Source: Candidatus Fervidifonticultor sextus
Lineage (GTDB): Bacteria > Sysuimicrobiota > Sysuimicrobiia > Sysuimicrobiales > Humicultoraceae
Length of the DNA stretch: 55,962 bases
Assembly (NCBI GenBank): GCA_031459875.1
Contig: JAVKHQ010000020.1
Location: 1 to 55,962, forward strand
Reading direction: 5' to 3'
The notes under the pieces were generated by a model. The model did no database searches. It was not told where the DNA came from and worked only from the letters and a program-made list of their open reading frames with translations. Both the position numbers and the translations under genes were made by a program. Shown in pieces: positions 1 to 10,025 of this stretch (position 1 is its first letter; each line of letters begins with the position of its first letter).

Positions 1-108
1 AGACCACCCCGCAGAGATCGAGGAGCAACCCCGGTCGGCGAGGCATGACCCCACCGCGGAGATAACCGAGGAGGCTGGGATGGCAGCAAGCTCGTGCATC
101 AACATGCG

Positions 109-127
109 TTCTTCAGCATCCTGCTAG
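109..127. repeat. Possible terminal inverted repeat of an IS5/IS1182-type element extending off the left edge
   Basis: TTCTTCAGCATCCTG followed by CTAG resembles the TTTTTCAGCAGCCTG-CTAG ends I recall for such elements; no partner end or transposase is visible in the window. Confidence 0.3.
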
Positions 128-223
128 TGGAAAACCGGGGCGCTGGCTGTAGACGAATTCGCCCCGGACCACGACGACGCTTGCGGTGGAGCAGGGTTTT
201 TCCCCGCCGATGCAGGTCGTTGC

Positions 224-837
224 TCACGATGGAGTCCGGACCTCCCTGGCTGTTTGAGACCAACCCTGGGGACAATAGCGGAACTCGGCCGTCGAGATCT
301 CTTGGCGGACTCGGCGGTACCGCAATCCAGCCACCCGGTATTTGATCGGCGACGTCAGCCGGGCAGCAATGACGTATGGGGCGCGACGGCCTTCCAGCCA
401 GCGGCGGAAACGCCCGTCGTAGAAGGCGGCGTCGGCACGCACCACCAACCGCTTCAGCGCGGGCACTTTGCCAAGCGCCCGTTCGATCAGCGGCTGGATG
501 ACCGACAGGACGTGTGTGTTGCCGGGATGCAGTTCCCCCTCCAGGCAGTCGCGGGTCTGCCCCTCGAAACACAGGACCGCGAGGTAGGAGGGCCGCCCAC
601 ACTTGCGCGGGTTGTAGCCATTCGCGGCCTTCTGTTGCCGTCCATAGACCGTGAGCACGGTCGAATCCAGGTCCAGAATAACTTGGCGGCGCAGCGACAG
701 CAGCATGGCCTGACGATAGCGGTCGTGCAACGAAGGCCGATGCGGTGGAGGAAGCGATGGACCAGGATCGCGCCGCCGTAATGGGTCAGGGCTTCCGCAT
801 CGAAGGCTACACGGAGATTCCGTGGGCCACGCCTCAT
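224..837 (-). pseudogene. IS1380-family DDE transposase, frameshifted, internally deleted and C-terminally truncated
   Basis: N-terminus MRRGPRNLRVAFDAEALTHYGG is in one frame; the core VILDLDSTV..YG.Q..A..GYN, ELHPGNTH and VRADAAFY is in another; the product is much shorter than an intact transposase. Confidence 0.85.
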
Positions 838-972
838 CGTCCGACAACCTCACCCAAAGTGCGTTCTCGGATTTGCACCTCCTGCCCTGTCAGGCGCGTG
901 ATCGTGCCCAATCGACGGCATCTTTGGGCTCTGCATCCTCCGCCCAGGGGTCAAGATGACGCAGGTTTCAGG
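224..972 (-). mobile_element. Decayed IS1380-family insertion sequence (one end plus broken transposase)
   Basis: Transposase fragments; the minus strand begins CCTGAAACCTGCGTCATCTTGAC at 972, a CCTG-type IS1380 terminus; no second end found. Confidence 0.7.
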
Positions 973-1096
973 TGATGTGAAGCCGTCCCGGGTCTTCCGT
1001 ACTCACGGAGCGCTGGGTTGCAAGGAGCTGGAGCAGCATGGACCGGGGGATGTCCGAACAGGGGCCCGGCCGCGGCACGCTCGCCCCACAGCAGCC

Positions 1097-1711
1097 TCAG
1101 GCGAACCGCATCTCCCCCGCGCGGATGGGGACCGACAGCCAGTTCTCCGGCGGCGCCAGCGGGCAGTCCCAGCGGGGATGATAGGCGCACGAGGGGCTGT
1201 AGGCGTAGTTGAAGTCCAGGATCAGCCTGCCGCCGTCCTGCCCCAGGTCGGCACCCTTGATCGTGTCCAGCAGGTAGCGGCCGCCCCCGTAGGTCTCGTC
1301 TGTGTTGGTGGCATCGCGGAACGGCAGGAACAGCCCGCCCCCGTAGCCGAGTACCCAGAACAGCGTGAGGGTGACTTCCTGGCTGGCCACGGTAAAACGC
1401 ACCCGACCGCTCCGCTGCAGGCGGACCGGCCCGTCCTCACGCAGGTGGACTTCCACAGGCGGTGTGTCCACCACCGGTTCCACCGGGACCACGAATCGGA
1501 AACGCGGGTCATACGGGTAGTAGGACAGGCCCGCAAAGCGTGCCTTCTGCTCGGGTGACAGCGCCGATTGCGGGTGACTCCTAAACAGCGCATCCCGCTC
1601 CCGTCTGAACTGGAGGCAGCACGCGGGTTCCCCAAGGCGGCCGCTCCGCACCCGAGCGTACATCTCGGCGACCGTGCGACGGTAGTCGAGCAGGGCCAGT
1701 CGGTCGTTCAC
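1097..1711 (-). CDS. DUF1684 family protein
   Basis: FRSHPQS, LFLPFRDATN..ETYGGGRYL, LDFNYAYSPSCAY, CPLAPPEN motifs. Confidence 0.9.
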   Translation of the reverse strand: MNDRLALLDYRRTVAEMYARVRSGRLGEPACCLQFRRERDALFRSHPQSALSPEQKARFAGLSYYPYDPRFRFVVPVEPVVDTPPVEVHLREDGPVRLQRSGRVRFTVASQEVTLTLFWVLGYGGGLFLPFRDATNTDETYGGGRYLLDTIKGADLGQDGGRLILDFNYAYSPSCAYHPRWDCPLAPPENWLSVPIRAGEMRFA

Positions 1712-1732
1712 GCGCCCTCTCCCTGCGCCAGA

Positions 1733-2176
1733 TCAGGTGCCGCCCGGCGGCCCGGCCATCAACGCCGAGCGGGCCACGTCTGCGTAGCGAACGCTGGTGG
1801 CGTCGAACCGCTGATCGGGAATCGCGATGGCCGGGATGAGCTCGCCCTGGAGCCTCTCCATCGCCGCGCGCCGGTGGTTGCCGTTCGGGGTCCAGTAGAC
1901 CCCGGGGGAAGGCGAGACGACCACGATGGGGTCGATGAAGCGGTCGAGCTTCCTGACGACCTCCTGGAGGCGCCTGGCGTGCGCGGGCGAGAGGCGGCGC
2001 TGGAACGGCGTGGGCTCCACCCGGCCCAGGGGCAGCAGGCAGAACACCTGCCAGTGGTCGCCGAGCGGTTTCTGGTAGACGGCCAGCACGTGGCCGCCGT
2101 CCTGCTCGATCTGCTCGGCGAAGGCGCGCACCTGACACGGCGGCTCGCGCGGCGGAAAGATCGCCCACGGGCTCAT
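1733..2176 (-). CDS. Short ParB/Srx N-terminal-domain protein (possibly truncated)
   Basis: PTPFQRRLS, FIDPIVV and WTPNGNHRR ParB-like motifs; ATG at 2176 (MSPWAIF). Confidence 0.7.
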   Translation of the reverse strand: MSPWAIFPPREPPCQVRAFAEQIEQDGGHVLAVYQKPLGDHWQVFCLLPLGRVEPTPFQRRLSPAHARRLQEVVRKLDRFIDPIVVVSPSPGVYWTPNGNHRRAAMERLQGELIPAIAIPDQRFDATSVRYADVARSALMAGPPGGT

Positions 2177-2269
2177 GGATTGAGGAATTGCTTCTGCGGG
2201 CAGACGGTCCCTGCCGCGTCCGGCGCGGGCGCTGCTACCATAGGGGCATCCGGCGTTCAGGGGGAACCG

Positions 2270-2776
2270 ATGCCGACGCCCCAGAGGATCGCGGAACTCG
2301 TACAGACCTACGCCGAGGGACCTGGGCTGCTCCAAGCGGCCGTCGCCGGCATCCCGGAGGACGAACTCCACTTCAAGCCCGGGCCCGAGCACTGGAGCAT
2401 CCACGAGAACGTCGTCCACGTGGCCGACACCGACCTGGTGGCCGCAGCCAGGATCCGCTACGTCCTGGCCCAGCCGGGATCAACGCTGGTGGCCTTCGAC
2501 CAGAACCTCTGGGCGCGCACCCTCGACTATGCCGCGCACCCGCTCGATGAGGCGCTGGCGCTCCTGCGGGCCATCCGCGCGACGACCACCGATCTCCTCC
2601 GTCGTGCGCCGGCCTCCGCGTGGGAGCAGACCGGGATGCACACGGAAGACGGCCCGCAGACGCTGGAGTGGATCGTGGACCACTTCGCCGATCACATCCA
2701 CTACCACCTGAGGACGATCGCCAAGCGCAGGCGGCAGTACGCCGAGCGCCGAAGGCCGCCGCGGGGCCGCCGATGA
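2270..2776 (+). CDS. DinB/YfiT family metal-dependent protein
   Basis: WSIHENVVHVAD and HxxYH His motifs; ATG at 2270 after GGGGA. Confidence 0.85.
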   Translation: MPTPQRIAELVQTYAEGPGLLQAAVAGIPEDELHFKPGPEHWSIHENVVHVADTDLVAAARIRYVLAQPGSTLVAFDQNLWARTLDYAAHPLDEALALLRAIRATTTDLLRRAPASAWEQTGMHTEDGPQTLEWIVDHFADHIHYHLRTIAKRRRQYAERRRPPRGRR

Positions 2777-2794
2777 CCCAGTGCATTGAACCGG

Positions 2795-3148
2795 TCACGA
2801 GCGGATTGCGGTGACCGGCGTGATCTCGACCGGCAGGCCCTCACCCCATCCGTATTTCTCCCGGGCCAACCGCTGCGCCAGCTGCCAGGCGTCCGGGTCG
2901 CGGCCGGCGTCCAGAACCCGGGCGGTGGCGCTCTCCTCGGGGGCGTCGGGGCTTCCAACGCGGATGCGCACGCGGGGCTCGCGGAGGATGTTTTGCACCC
3001 AGTGCGCGCGGTGGAAGTGCTCGGCCAGGACATAGTACTTCCCGCCCGAGGCCACGAACCAGATCTCGATCCGGCGGGGCCGGCCAGTCCGGCGGCCCGT
3101 GGTCGTCAGGTAGAGGAACGGCGCGTCCGGCGCAGCCAGGCCAGCCAT
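2795..3148 (-). CDS. Deazaflavin (F420)-dependent nitroreductase-like (DDN) protein
   Basis: LYLTTTGRRTGRPRRIEIWF and WVQNILREPRV. Confidence 0.8.
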   Translation of the reverse strand: MAGLAAPDAPFLYLTTTGRRTGRPRRIEIWFVASGGKYYVLAEHFHRAHWVQNILREPRVRIRVGSPDAPEESATARVLDAGRDPDAWQLAQRLAREKYGWGEGLPVEITPVTAIRS

Positions 3149-3159
3149 TGCGGCATGCC

Positions 3160-3981
3160 CTACGTCCCCACGCGGACCGGCGAGACGAGTTTGCGCAGCA
3201 TGGCGACCACCGACTGGGCGGCCAGTACCCCGGTCCGCGGGTTCTCAGACGGAGCGTTCTCGATGTGCACCGTGAACCGGCCAAAATCGCCCCTGACTTC
3301 CACGTCGTGCATGTTGCGGTCGATCCCCGGATCGGCGATGATGCGGACCCGGGTGCGGTCCGGCCCGATCCCGGCCAGGCTGACGGCCGCCGACACGTTG
3401 ACGTTGGCGGGGAAGCCCCGACACGCGTCGCGCGCGGTGCCTTCGAACACCACCTGCGGCTCGCGCAGCGCCATGACGTCGATGCCGTGCTCCTCCAGGT
3501 ACGGCGCGCCGGCCAGGGCCCGGGGCGGTTTGCGCGTCACCATGCTGACCGTCTCCACCTGCCCGACCGCAGCGGCGGCGAGGGCGTCCAGCCCCCCGAT
3601 CGCCCCCGAGGCGACGTAAATCCGTCCGCCGCACCGGTGCGCCAGATGCGCGTACTCGCTGTAGCGGTCCAGCAGCGCCCCCACGCTCACCGCGAGCAAC
3701 CGCTTGCCGGCCCGCAACGTCGCCGTGGCGATCTCATGGAAGGCTGCAGCCGGCGCCGCCTCCACGACCAGGTCCGAGCGGGCGACCGCTTCAGAGAGCG
3801 GCACCACCGGCGGGACGGCCTGCAACAGCGCCTGCGCACGGGCGCGGGCTTTTTCCAGATCCCCGCTGGTGATGGCGGCAAGGGACAGTTCGGGGACCAT
3901 CCGCTCCACCTCCACCGCCACCCGCCGGCCGATGGCACCGAACCCGGCCAACCCGACCTTCACGATTCGCTCCGCCCGCAT
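3160..3981 (-). CDS. nadX: L-aspartate dehydrogenase family protein
   Basis: GFGAIG Rossmann motif, SGAIGGLD, FPANVNVSAA, NMHDV, ENPRT. Confidence 0.85.
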   Translation of the reverse strand: MRAERIVKVGLAGFGAIGRRVAVEVERMVPELSLAAITSGDLEKARARAQALLQAVPPVVPLSEAVARSDLVVEAAPAAAFHEIATATLRAGKRLLAVSVGALLDRYSEYAHLAHRCGGRIYVASGAIGGLDALAAAAVGQVETVSMVTRKPPRALAGAPYLEEHGIDVMALREPQVVFEGTARDACRGFPANVNVSAAVSLAGIGPDRTRVRIIADPGIDRNMHDVEVRGDFGRFTVHIENAPSENPRTGVLAAQSVVAMLRKLVSPVRVGT

Positions 3982-3987
3982 GGGCCA

Positions 3988-4299
3988 TCACCCGCCGCCC
4001 GCCGGGGGTGCGCCGGGCGGTTCACCGCCGATGACGACCGTCCAGGGCCTGACCTCCCACCGCGTCACCAGTCCGTTGGTCACGTAGGGATCATGGCGGA
4101 CGAAGTCCTCGACCACCCCGCTGTCTTCCGCGCGAAACACCAGGAGGGCGCGGTCGACGGGATCGCCCAACGCGCCGCCCAGGAGGAGCTCGCCGCGACG
4201 ATGCGCCTCACGGGCGAGCCGGAGGTGCTCGTCGCGGTAGACGACTCGCCGTGCGATGTAGTCATCAACCACGTCGTAGAAGAGTGCGAAGTACTTCAT
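3988..4299 (-). CDS. YciI-like protein
   Basis: RDEHL, LLLGGAL, DPYVTNGLV. Confidence 0.9.
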   Translation of the reverse strand: MKYFALFYDVVDDYIARRVVYRDEHLRLAREAHRRGELLLGGALGDPVDRALLVFRAEDSGVVEDFVRHDPYVTNGLVTRWEVRPWTVVIGGEPPGAPPAGGG

Positions 4300-4715
4300 C
4301 GAACCAGCCTGGCCGTCACCCGGACTTCAGGGCCGGTCAAGGCCAGGGAGACCGGACAGTTAGCCTTCGCGTGTGCCACATGCTCGAGGAAGGTCTTCTC
4401 ATCCACGCCGGGGACCTCGGCCTCGGTCTCCAGCTCAATCAACGTGATCCGCGGGCCCTCGCCGAGGTGGACTCTTGCAGCGGTTCGGATCTGAGTGGGC
4501 GCATAGCCGGCCTTGGTGAGCAGGGCGGACAGGTACATCGAAAAGCAGCCCGCATGGGCTGCCCCCACCAGTTCTTCTGGGTTGGTCCCCGGCCCCTCCT
4601 CGAAACGCGACGCAAAGGTAAATGGGCCATCGAAGGCCCCGCTCCCCAGCCTCATGCGGCCGCTGCCTTCCTTGAGCGTCCCGTTCCAGACTGCCGATGC
4701 CGTGCGTATCGCCAT
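4296..4715 (-). CDS. osmC: OsmC family peroxiredoxin
   Basis: GTNPEELVGAAHAGCFSM and AKANCPVS, with both catalytic Cys. Confidence 0.92.
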   Translation of the reverse strand: MAIRTASAVWNGTLKEGSGRMRLGSGAFDGPFTFASRFEEGPGTNPEELVGAAHAGCFSMYLSALLTKAGYAPTQIRTAARVHLGEGPRITLIELETEAEVPGVDEKTFLEHVAHAKANCPVSLALTGPEVRVTARLVR

Positions 4716-4918
4716 CGTCTCCCTCCTCTCCGTCGGGGATGGGCAGACCCCTTCGGTGCCCCGCCGCCGGTCCCCTTGACCCTCTTGGATCCCACTCTAC
4801 CATGGGCGCGCCGGCGGCGTCTGGATCGTCACGGAGATCAGCCAGGTCGGGCGCACGCTGGACGAAGGGACCTCCGCCGGAACCGGGGGATCATCCGCGG
4901 GAAAGCCGACGGGCTGAC

Positions 4919-6166
4919 TCAGAAGCGATCCAGCCGGAATGCCTCGACCGGCAGCATCGGCGGCCGTCCATCCGCTAGGTCCGTCACCAGCCTCCCGGTG
5001 ATCGGCGAGAGGGTAAAACCCAGCGTCCCGTGCCCGGCGGCCACGATCAGGCCGTCGATGCCCGGGACGCGGCTGATGACCGGCAGGCCGTCGGGCGGCA
5101 GCGGCCGGAATCCCTCCCAGGCTTCCGCGCGCTCCAGCGGCAGGGTCCCGCGCAGCACCTCCTGGGCCGCGCCCACCACCGCGCGGTACCGGACGGGGTT
5201 GATGCCCTCCCGGTAGCCCGCCAGTTCCAGCGTGCCGCCGACGCGGAGGCGGCCGTCCAGGGGCGTGATCGCCACGCGGCGCTCCTCCACGAAGACCGGT
5301 ACGGCCGGCGAGCCGTCGAACCCCGGGAAGGTGATGCTGTATCCCTTTGCCGGCTCCATGGGAAAGCGGACACCCAGCGGCGCCAGCAGCGGCGGTGTCC
5401 ATGCCCCCGCGGCCGCCACCACGAGGTCGGCCGGGATCACACCCTCGGGGCCTCGGACCTCGACGCCCTCGACACGCCCGCCGCGCCGGCGGATGAGGGA
5501 AGCCGGACAACCGGTCAGGATCCGCCCCCCACTCGCCTGGACACCGGCCGCCAGAGCCCGGACGTACGCGTAGCAGTCCCCATGAGCGTCGCCCTCGACG
5601 TACATCCCTCCCCGGATGCGCCCAGCGAGCGCAGGCTCGAACTCCAGCGTCTCAGCGCGGGTCAGGAGTCGTGCCCGGATCCCGGCCCGCTGCAGCGCTT
5701 CCAGGTCCCGGGCGGCCTCGCGGACGCCCGCCTCGGTAAGGTACACGTGCAGGAGGCCGCGACGCCGGTAGCCGAACTCCACACCTCCGGCGACCGCCAT
5801 CTCCTCGAAGAGTCCCAGGCTGGCGCGCGCCAGCGCGCCGAGAGCCGCCGTACCCTGTTCGGCGGCCGGGGCGCGGCACGCGTGGAGGAACCGCCAGCCC
5901 CATCGGAGGAATCCAGGATCCAGGCGGGGCCTGACGTAGACCGGGCTGTCCCGGCGCAGCAGCCACCGCGCCAGCTCGCGAGGCACCTCCGGGGCTGGCA
6001 GCGGCACCGCGTGGCTCGCCGTGATGAGGCAGGCGTTGGCGTAGGAGCACCCCCGGCCGACCTCTCCGCGGTCGATGAGCGTGACCTGCCACCCCGAGAG
6101 GGTGAGGTAGTGCGCAGCCGCCACCCCGATGGCCCCGCCGCCGATCACCACCGCGCGCTTCGCCAC
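4919..6166 (-). CDS. FAD-dependent D-amino acid dehydrogenase (DadA/DAO family)
   Basis: GGGAIG FAD motif, CSYANA, GFRPLPPDGLPVI, GHGTLG. Confidence 0.88.
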   Translation of the reverse strand: MAKRAVVIGGGAIGVAAAHYLTLSGWQVTLIDRGEVGRGCSYANACLITASHAVPLPAPEVPRELARWLLRRDSPVYVRPRLDPGFLRWGWRFLHACRAPAAEQGTAALGALARASLGLFEEMAVAGGVEFGYRRRGLLHVYLTEAGVREAARDLEALQRAGIRARLLTRAETLEFEPALAGRIRGGMYVEGDAHGDCYAYVRALAAGVQASGGRILTGCPASLIRRRGGRVEGVEVRGPEGVIPADLVVAAAGAWTPPLLAPLGVRFPMEPAKGYSITFPGFDGSPAVPVFVEERRVAITPLDGRLRVGGTLELAGYREGINPVRYRAVVGAAQEVLRGTLPLERAEAWEGFRPLPPDGLPVISRVPGIDGLIVAAGHGTLGFTLSPITGRLVTDLADGRPPMLPVEAFRLDRF

Positions 6167-6990
6167 CGATCACGCCCCCCTGGCATGCGTCCCCGCCGGG
6201 CCAGCACGACCCGCAGGCGATCCGGCCGCGGAGTCTTCACCGCGTCGACGCCCAGGGCGACCAGACGCGCCATGGCCTCCTCATCGCCCCGGGTGAAGAT
6301 GTGGACGGCCAGCCCGTGGGCGTGGGCCCTGGCCACGTTGTCTGCGGTCGCCGCATACTCCTGGGGCGAGAGCACGTCAAAACCTGCCGCGGCGGCCGCC
6401 TCGGCGTCCTGCGTCAGGTCGCCGGACAGGACCGACCATTGGGTGGTAACCCCGGGCGCCGTCTTTCGAATCCACGCCAGGGCATGCATCCCGAAGGTCG
6501 AGAGCACCACGCGGTGCACCGCGCCGGCCTGCTCGACGACCTCGAGCACGCGGCGGGCCAGGTGGATGGACGCCTCCGCGTCTTCCCTCACGGCGCCGCG
6601 CAGCCAGTCTGCGGCAACCCCGGCCTTGAGTTCCACGTCAACTAGCGCGCGGGGGGCGAATCGCTCCAGCACCTCCTGGAGCGTCGGGACGCGTTCCCCG
6701 GCCCACTCCGGCCCGAACCACCCGCCGGCGTCCAGCGAGCGGACCTCCTCCAGCGTCATGCCGCGGATTTCGCCCCGCCCGTCCGTGGTGCGGTCGACAC
6801 GCTCGTCGTGCATGACGACGACCTGCTCATCCCGGGTCAGGTGCACGTCGAGTTCGAGCACGTCGGCTCCCAGCTCGCAGGCCTTCGCAAACGCGGCCAG
6901 CGTGTTCTCGGGCGCGTAGGCGGAAGCTCCGCGGTGAGCCACGATCAGGACGCGCCGGCTCTTGAGAGCGTCGCGGAAGCCCTCGCTCAC
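6145..6990 (-). CDS. Glycerophosphodiester phosphodiesterase
   Basis: AHRGAS..APENT, ELDVH, HDE.VDRTT, VELK. Confidence 0.92.
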   Translation of the reverse strand: MSEGFRDALKSRRVLIVAHRGASAYAPENTLAAFAKACELGADVLELDVHLTRDEQVVVMHDERVDRTTDGRGEIRGMTLEEVRSLDAGGWFGPEWAGERVPTLQEVLERFAPRALVDVELKAGVAADWLRGAVREDAEASIHLARRVLEVVEQAGAVHRVVLSTFGMHALAWIRKTAPGVTTQWSVLSGDLTQDAEAAAAAGFDVLSPQEYAATADNVARAHAHGLAVHIFTRGDEEAMARLVALGVDAVKTPRPDRLRVVLARRGRMPGGRDRWRSARW

Positions 6991-8075
6991 GCGATGCGGG
7001 CGTCGGTGGCCGGGTCGAAGACGTAGAGCCGCTCGGTGGGCACTGTCAGCCAGACCGGCTGGTCATGCCGGCCCCCAAAGCCGTGGTCGGCCAGGGCGAC
7101 GATCATCTGCCGCCCCACCGTCACCGCGACGACCAGTTCGCGGCCGAGCGGTTCAATGTCCAGGATGCGGGCCTGGGCCGCGCCTTCCGCCGGCACCGGC
7201 GAGAGGCGGATGTCTTCGGGCCGCAGGCCGACCAGCACCTCGCTTCCTCGCCGGGTTGCCAGCCGAGGCACCAGGGCATCGGGGGCGACCAGGTGCAGGC
7301 CCTCTCCCACCAGCGCCGCGCGACCGTCGGCCATCTCGATCCGTGCCGGGATGAAGTTCATCGGGGGGCTGCCGATGAACCCGGCGACGAAGGTGTTGGC
7401 GGGACGGTAGTACAGGTCGTCGGGTGTGCCTACCTGCTGGAGCAGGCCGTCCTTGAGCAGCGCGATGCGGTCGGCCATCGTCATCGCCTCGACCTGGTCG
7501 TGGGTCACCAGGATGGTCGTGATCCCCAGCTGGCGCTGGAGCCGCTTGATTTCCGCCCGCATCAGCACCCGGAGTTTCGCATCCAGATTGGACAGCGGTT
7601 CGTCCAGCAGCAGCAGGGTCGGCTCCTTCACCAGGGCCCGCGCCAGCGCCACCCGCTGCTGCTGGCCGCCTGAGAGCTGGGAGGGCTTGCGATCCATCAG
7701 GCCCTCGATCTGCACCAGGGCCGCCACCTCCCCGACGCGCCGCCGGACTTCGTCGGGCGGGCGCCGCAGCAGCCGCAGCGGGAACGCGATGTTCTCGAAG
7801 ACGGTCATGTGGGGGTAAAGGGCGTAACTCTGGAAGACCATCCCGACGTGGCGGTCCTGCGGGGGAAGATCGTTGACCACGACCCCGTCAAAGAGGATCT
7901 GCCCCGACGTCGGCCTGTAGATCCCCGCCAGCAGCAGGAGGGTCGTGGTCTTGCCGCAGCCGCTGGGCCCCAGCAGGGCCATGAACTCTCCGTGGGCCAC
8001 ATCCAGGTCAAGATGCCGGAGCGCGGCGACGCTGCCGAACTGCTTGCCCAGATGCTCGAGGACGACCCGGGCCAC
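6987..8075 (-). CDS. Carbohydrate ABC transporter ATP-binding protein (MalK/UgpC type)
   Basis: [38 protein letters not shown] start at 8075. Confidence 0.95.
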   Translation of the reverse strand: MARVVLEHLGKQFGSVAALRHLDLDVAHGEFMALLGPSGCGKTTTLLLLAGIYRPTSGQILFDGVVVNDLPPQDRHVGMVFQSYALYPHMTVFENIAFPLRLLRRPPDEVRRRVGEVAALVQIEGLMDRKPSQLSGGQQQRVALARALVKEPTLLLLDEPLSNLDAKLRVLMRAEIKRLQRQLGITTILVTHDQVEAMTMADRIALLKDGLLQQVGTPDDLYYRPANTFVAGFIGSPPMNFIPARIEMADGRAALVGEGLHLVAPDALVPRLATRRGSEVLVGLRPEDIRLSPVPAEGAAQARILDIEPLGRELVVAVTVGRQMIVALADHGFGGRHDQPVWLTVPTERLYVFDPATDARIA

Positions 8076-8080
8076 CCCGT

Positions 8081-9004
8081 CTACCCCTTGGTCCCGCCCA
8101 GGGTGATCTGCATCAGGTACCGCTGGGTGAACACGAAGAAGACCAGGCTGGGAATCATGTAGAAGACCCCCACCGCCGCCATGACGCCGTAATCCACGAA
8201 GCGGTACTCCCCGATCACCGAGCTCAGGTACAGCGCCATCGTCCAGGCGCTGCGCTTCAAGATGAAGGTCAACACGAACACGTAGTCGGTCCAGCCCCAC
8301 AGGAACGAGAACATGGCGATCGCCGCGATGCCGTTGCGGACCTGGGGCAGCAGGACCGTATACCATGTCCGCAGCCGGCTGGCCCCGTCAATCATCGCCG
8401 ACATCTCGATGTCCCACGGGATGCCGTCGAAGAACCCCTTCATGACGAACAGGGCGAAAGGCAGGTGCAGGGAGGCGATCACCAGCACGACGCCGGTCAT
8501 GGAGTTGAGCAGGTTCAGCGACCGCAGCAGGATGAACAGCGCCACCAGCAGCGTGATGCTGGGGAAGGCCTGCAGCATGAGCGCTGCCTGGAGGAACACG
8601 GTGCGGTGGGGGAAGGTGCGCCGGGAGGCGTAGTAGCCGGCCAGCGTGGCCACGACGACGATGACCAGGGTGGTCCCCACGGCCAGCGCCAGCGAGTTGC
8701 CGACGACCTGCCAGATGTTGGGCAGACGTCCCTCCGTCCCGGTGACCAGCCCCAGGTTCCGCACCCAGAGGAAGCGCCAGTTCTCCAGGGTGAACCCGCT
8801 GGGGATCAAGCCGTAACTGACGTGCTTGCTGAAGGCCGCTGCGACCAGCCACGCGTAGGGCAGGAGCAGCGGCAGCGAGAGCACGCCGAGGACGGCGAAC
8901 AGCGACAGCCGACCGGCGGCCTCGCGCCGGCGGGCCCGCTGCGCCCGTCTTGCCACCTCCGCTGCGGTCCGCCACGGCCGCAGGGCCGCGGCCGTCTGCG
9001 CCAT
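8081..9004 (-). CDS. Carbohydrate ABC transporter permease
   Basis: Transmembrane segments and EMSAMIDGAS EAA loop. Confidence 0.92.
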   Translation of the reverse strand: MAQTAAALRPWRTAAEVARRAQRARRREAAGRLSLFAVLGVLSLPLLLPYAWLVAAAFSKHVSYGLIPSGFTLENWRFLWVRNLGLVTGTEGRLPNIWQVVGNSLALAVGTTLVIVVVATLAGYYASRRTFPHRTVFLQAALMLQAFPSITLLVALFILLRSLNLLNSMTGVVLVIASLHLPFALFVMKGFFDGIPWDIEMSAMIDGASRLRTWYTVLLPQVRNGIAAIAMFSFLWGWTDYVFVLTFILKRSAWTMALYLSSVIGEYRFVDYGVMAAVGVFYMIPSLVFFVFTQRYLMQITLGGTKG

Positions 9005-9939
9005 CAATCCACCTCGATCTTCGGTTCGGTGATCATCCGGCCAAACCGCAGCACCCGCCAGTACACCAGCGCCGCGAGGGCGCCCACGGCCACCAGGACG
9101 AAGGCGAGCGCGGCACCATACCCGTAGTCGCCGTTCTGGATGGCCCGGCGGAACACGTAGAGGGCGTAGACGGTGCTGTCGTAGAACGGCCCGCCCCCGG
9201 TCACGACCAGGATGTACTCGTAGGAGGTGAGCAGTGCCAACGTCTGGGCGACCAGGACGAAGGTCAGCGGCCAGCGGATCAGCGGCAGGATGATGTGCCT
9301 GACGACGGCCAGGCTGGAGGCGCCGTCGACCCGGGCGGCCCGGATGTAGTCCTCCGGGATCGACCGCATGGCCGAAGTGAAGATCACCATCCCCAGCGAT
9401 GCGCCGATCAGGCCGTTGACCAGCACGATCACCAGCCACGGCGACCAGGAGATGAGGTCCAGCGGCGGCATCCCCAGCCGGATGCGCACGGCGTTGAAGA
9501 GGCCGTAGGGGGTGGGGTCGATGAACCACAACCACAGCAACCCGTAGACGACCACCGGGGTCAGCCGGGGCAGCAGCCAGATGGCGCGAAAGGCCGTCCC
9601 GGCGCGGTCGGGCAGGTGGGTGGTCAGCAGCGCCAGCAGCAACCCCATCCCGACGTTGAAGCCGAGGGTGAAGACGACGTAGACCAGCGTGTTCAACAGC
9701 ACCCGCGGCAGGAGCGGGTCGACCAAGAAGCCCCGGAAGTTCTGCAGGCCCACGAAGGAACCCTGGAACGCCTCGTCGAGGTCGGTCAGCCCCAGCACCG
9801 CCGTGATGATCGCCGGCGCAACGAAGAACGTGACGGTGAGCAGGATGAAGGGGCCGAGAAACAGCAGGTGCAGCCCGGCGCTCCGGGCGGACCGCCGGGG
9901 TCCCCGTGCCGCCTCGCGGAGCACCGTGGCCTCCTGCAT
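9004..9939 (-). CDS. Carbohydrate ABC transporter permease
   Basis: Transmembrane segments, RAARVDGAS loop, TGGGP. Confidence 0.92.
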   Translation of the reverse strand: MQEATVLREAARGPRRSARSAGLHLLFLGPFILLTVTFFVAPAIITAVLGLTDLDEAFQGSFVGLQNFRGFLVDPLLPRVLLNTLVYVVFTLGFNVGMGLLLALLTTHLPDRAGTAFRAIWLLPRLTPVVVYGLLWLWFIDPTPYGLFNAVRIRLGMPPLDLISWSPWLVIVLVNGLIGASLGMVIFTSAMRSIPEDYIRAARVDGASSLAVVRHIILPLIRWPLTFVLVAQTLALLTSYEYILVVTGGGPFYDSTVYALYVFRRAIQNGDYGYGAALAFVLVAVGALAALVYWRVLRFGRMITEPKIEVD

Positions 9940-10025
9940 CGCGTCAGCTCCACGGCCGGACGGCCCGACCGCTGCGATCGGGCCGTCCGGCGCTCTCAGA
10001 TCCTCACGCCTCGATCGGACAGGGC

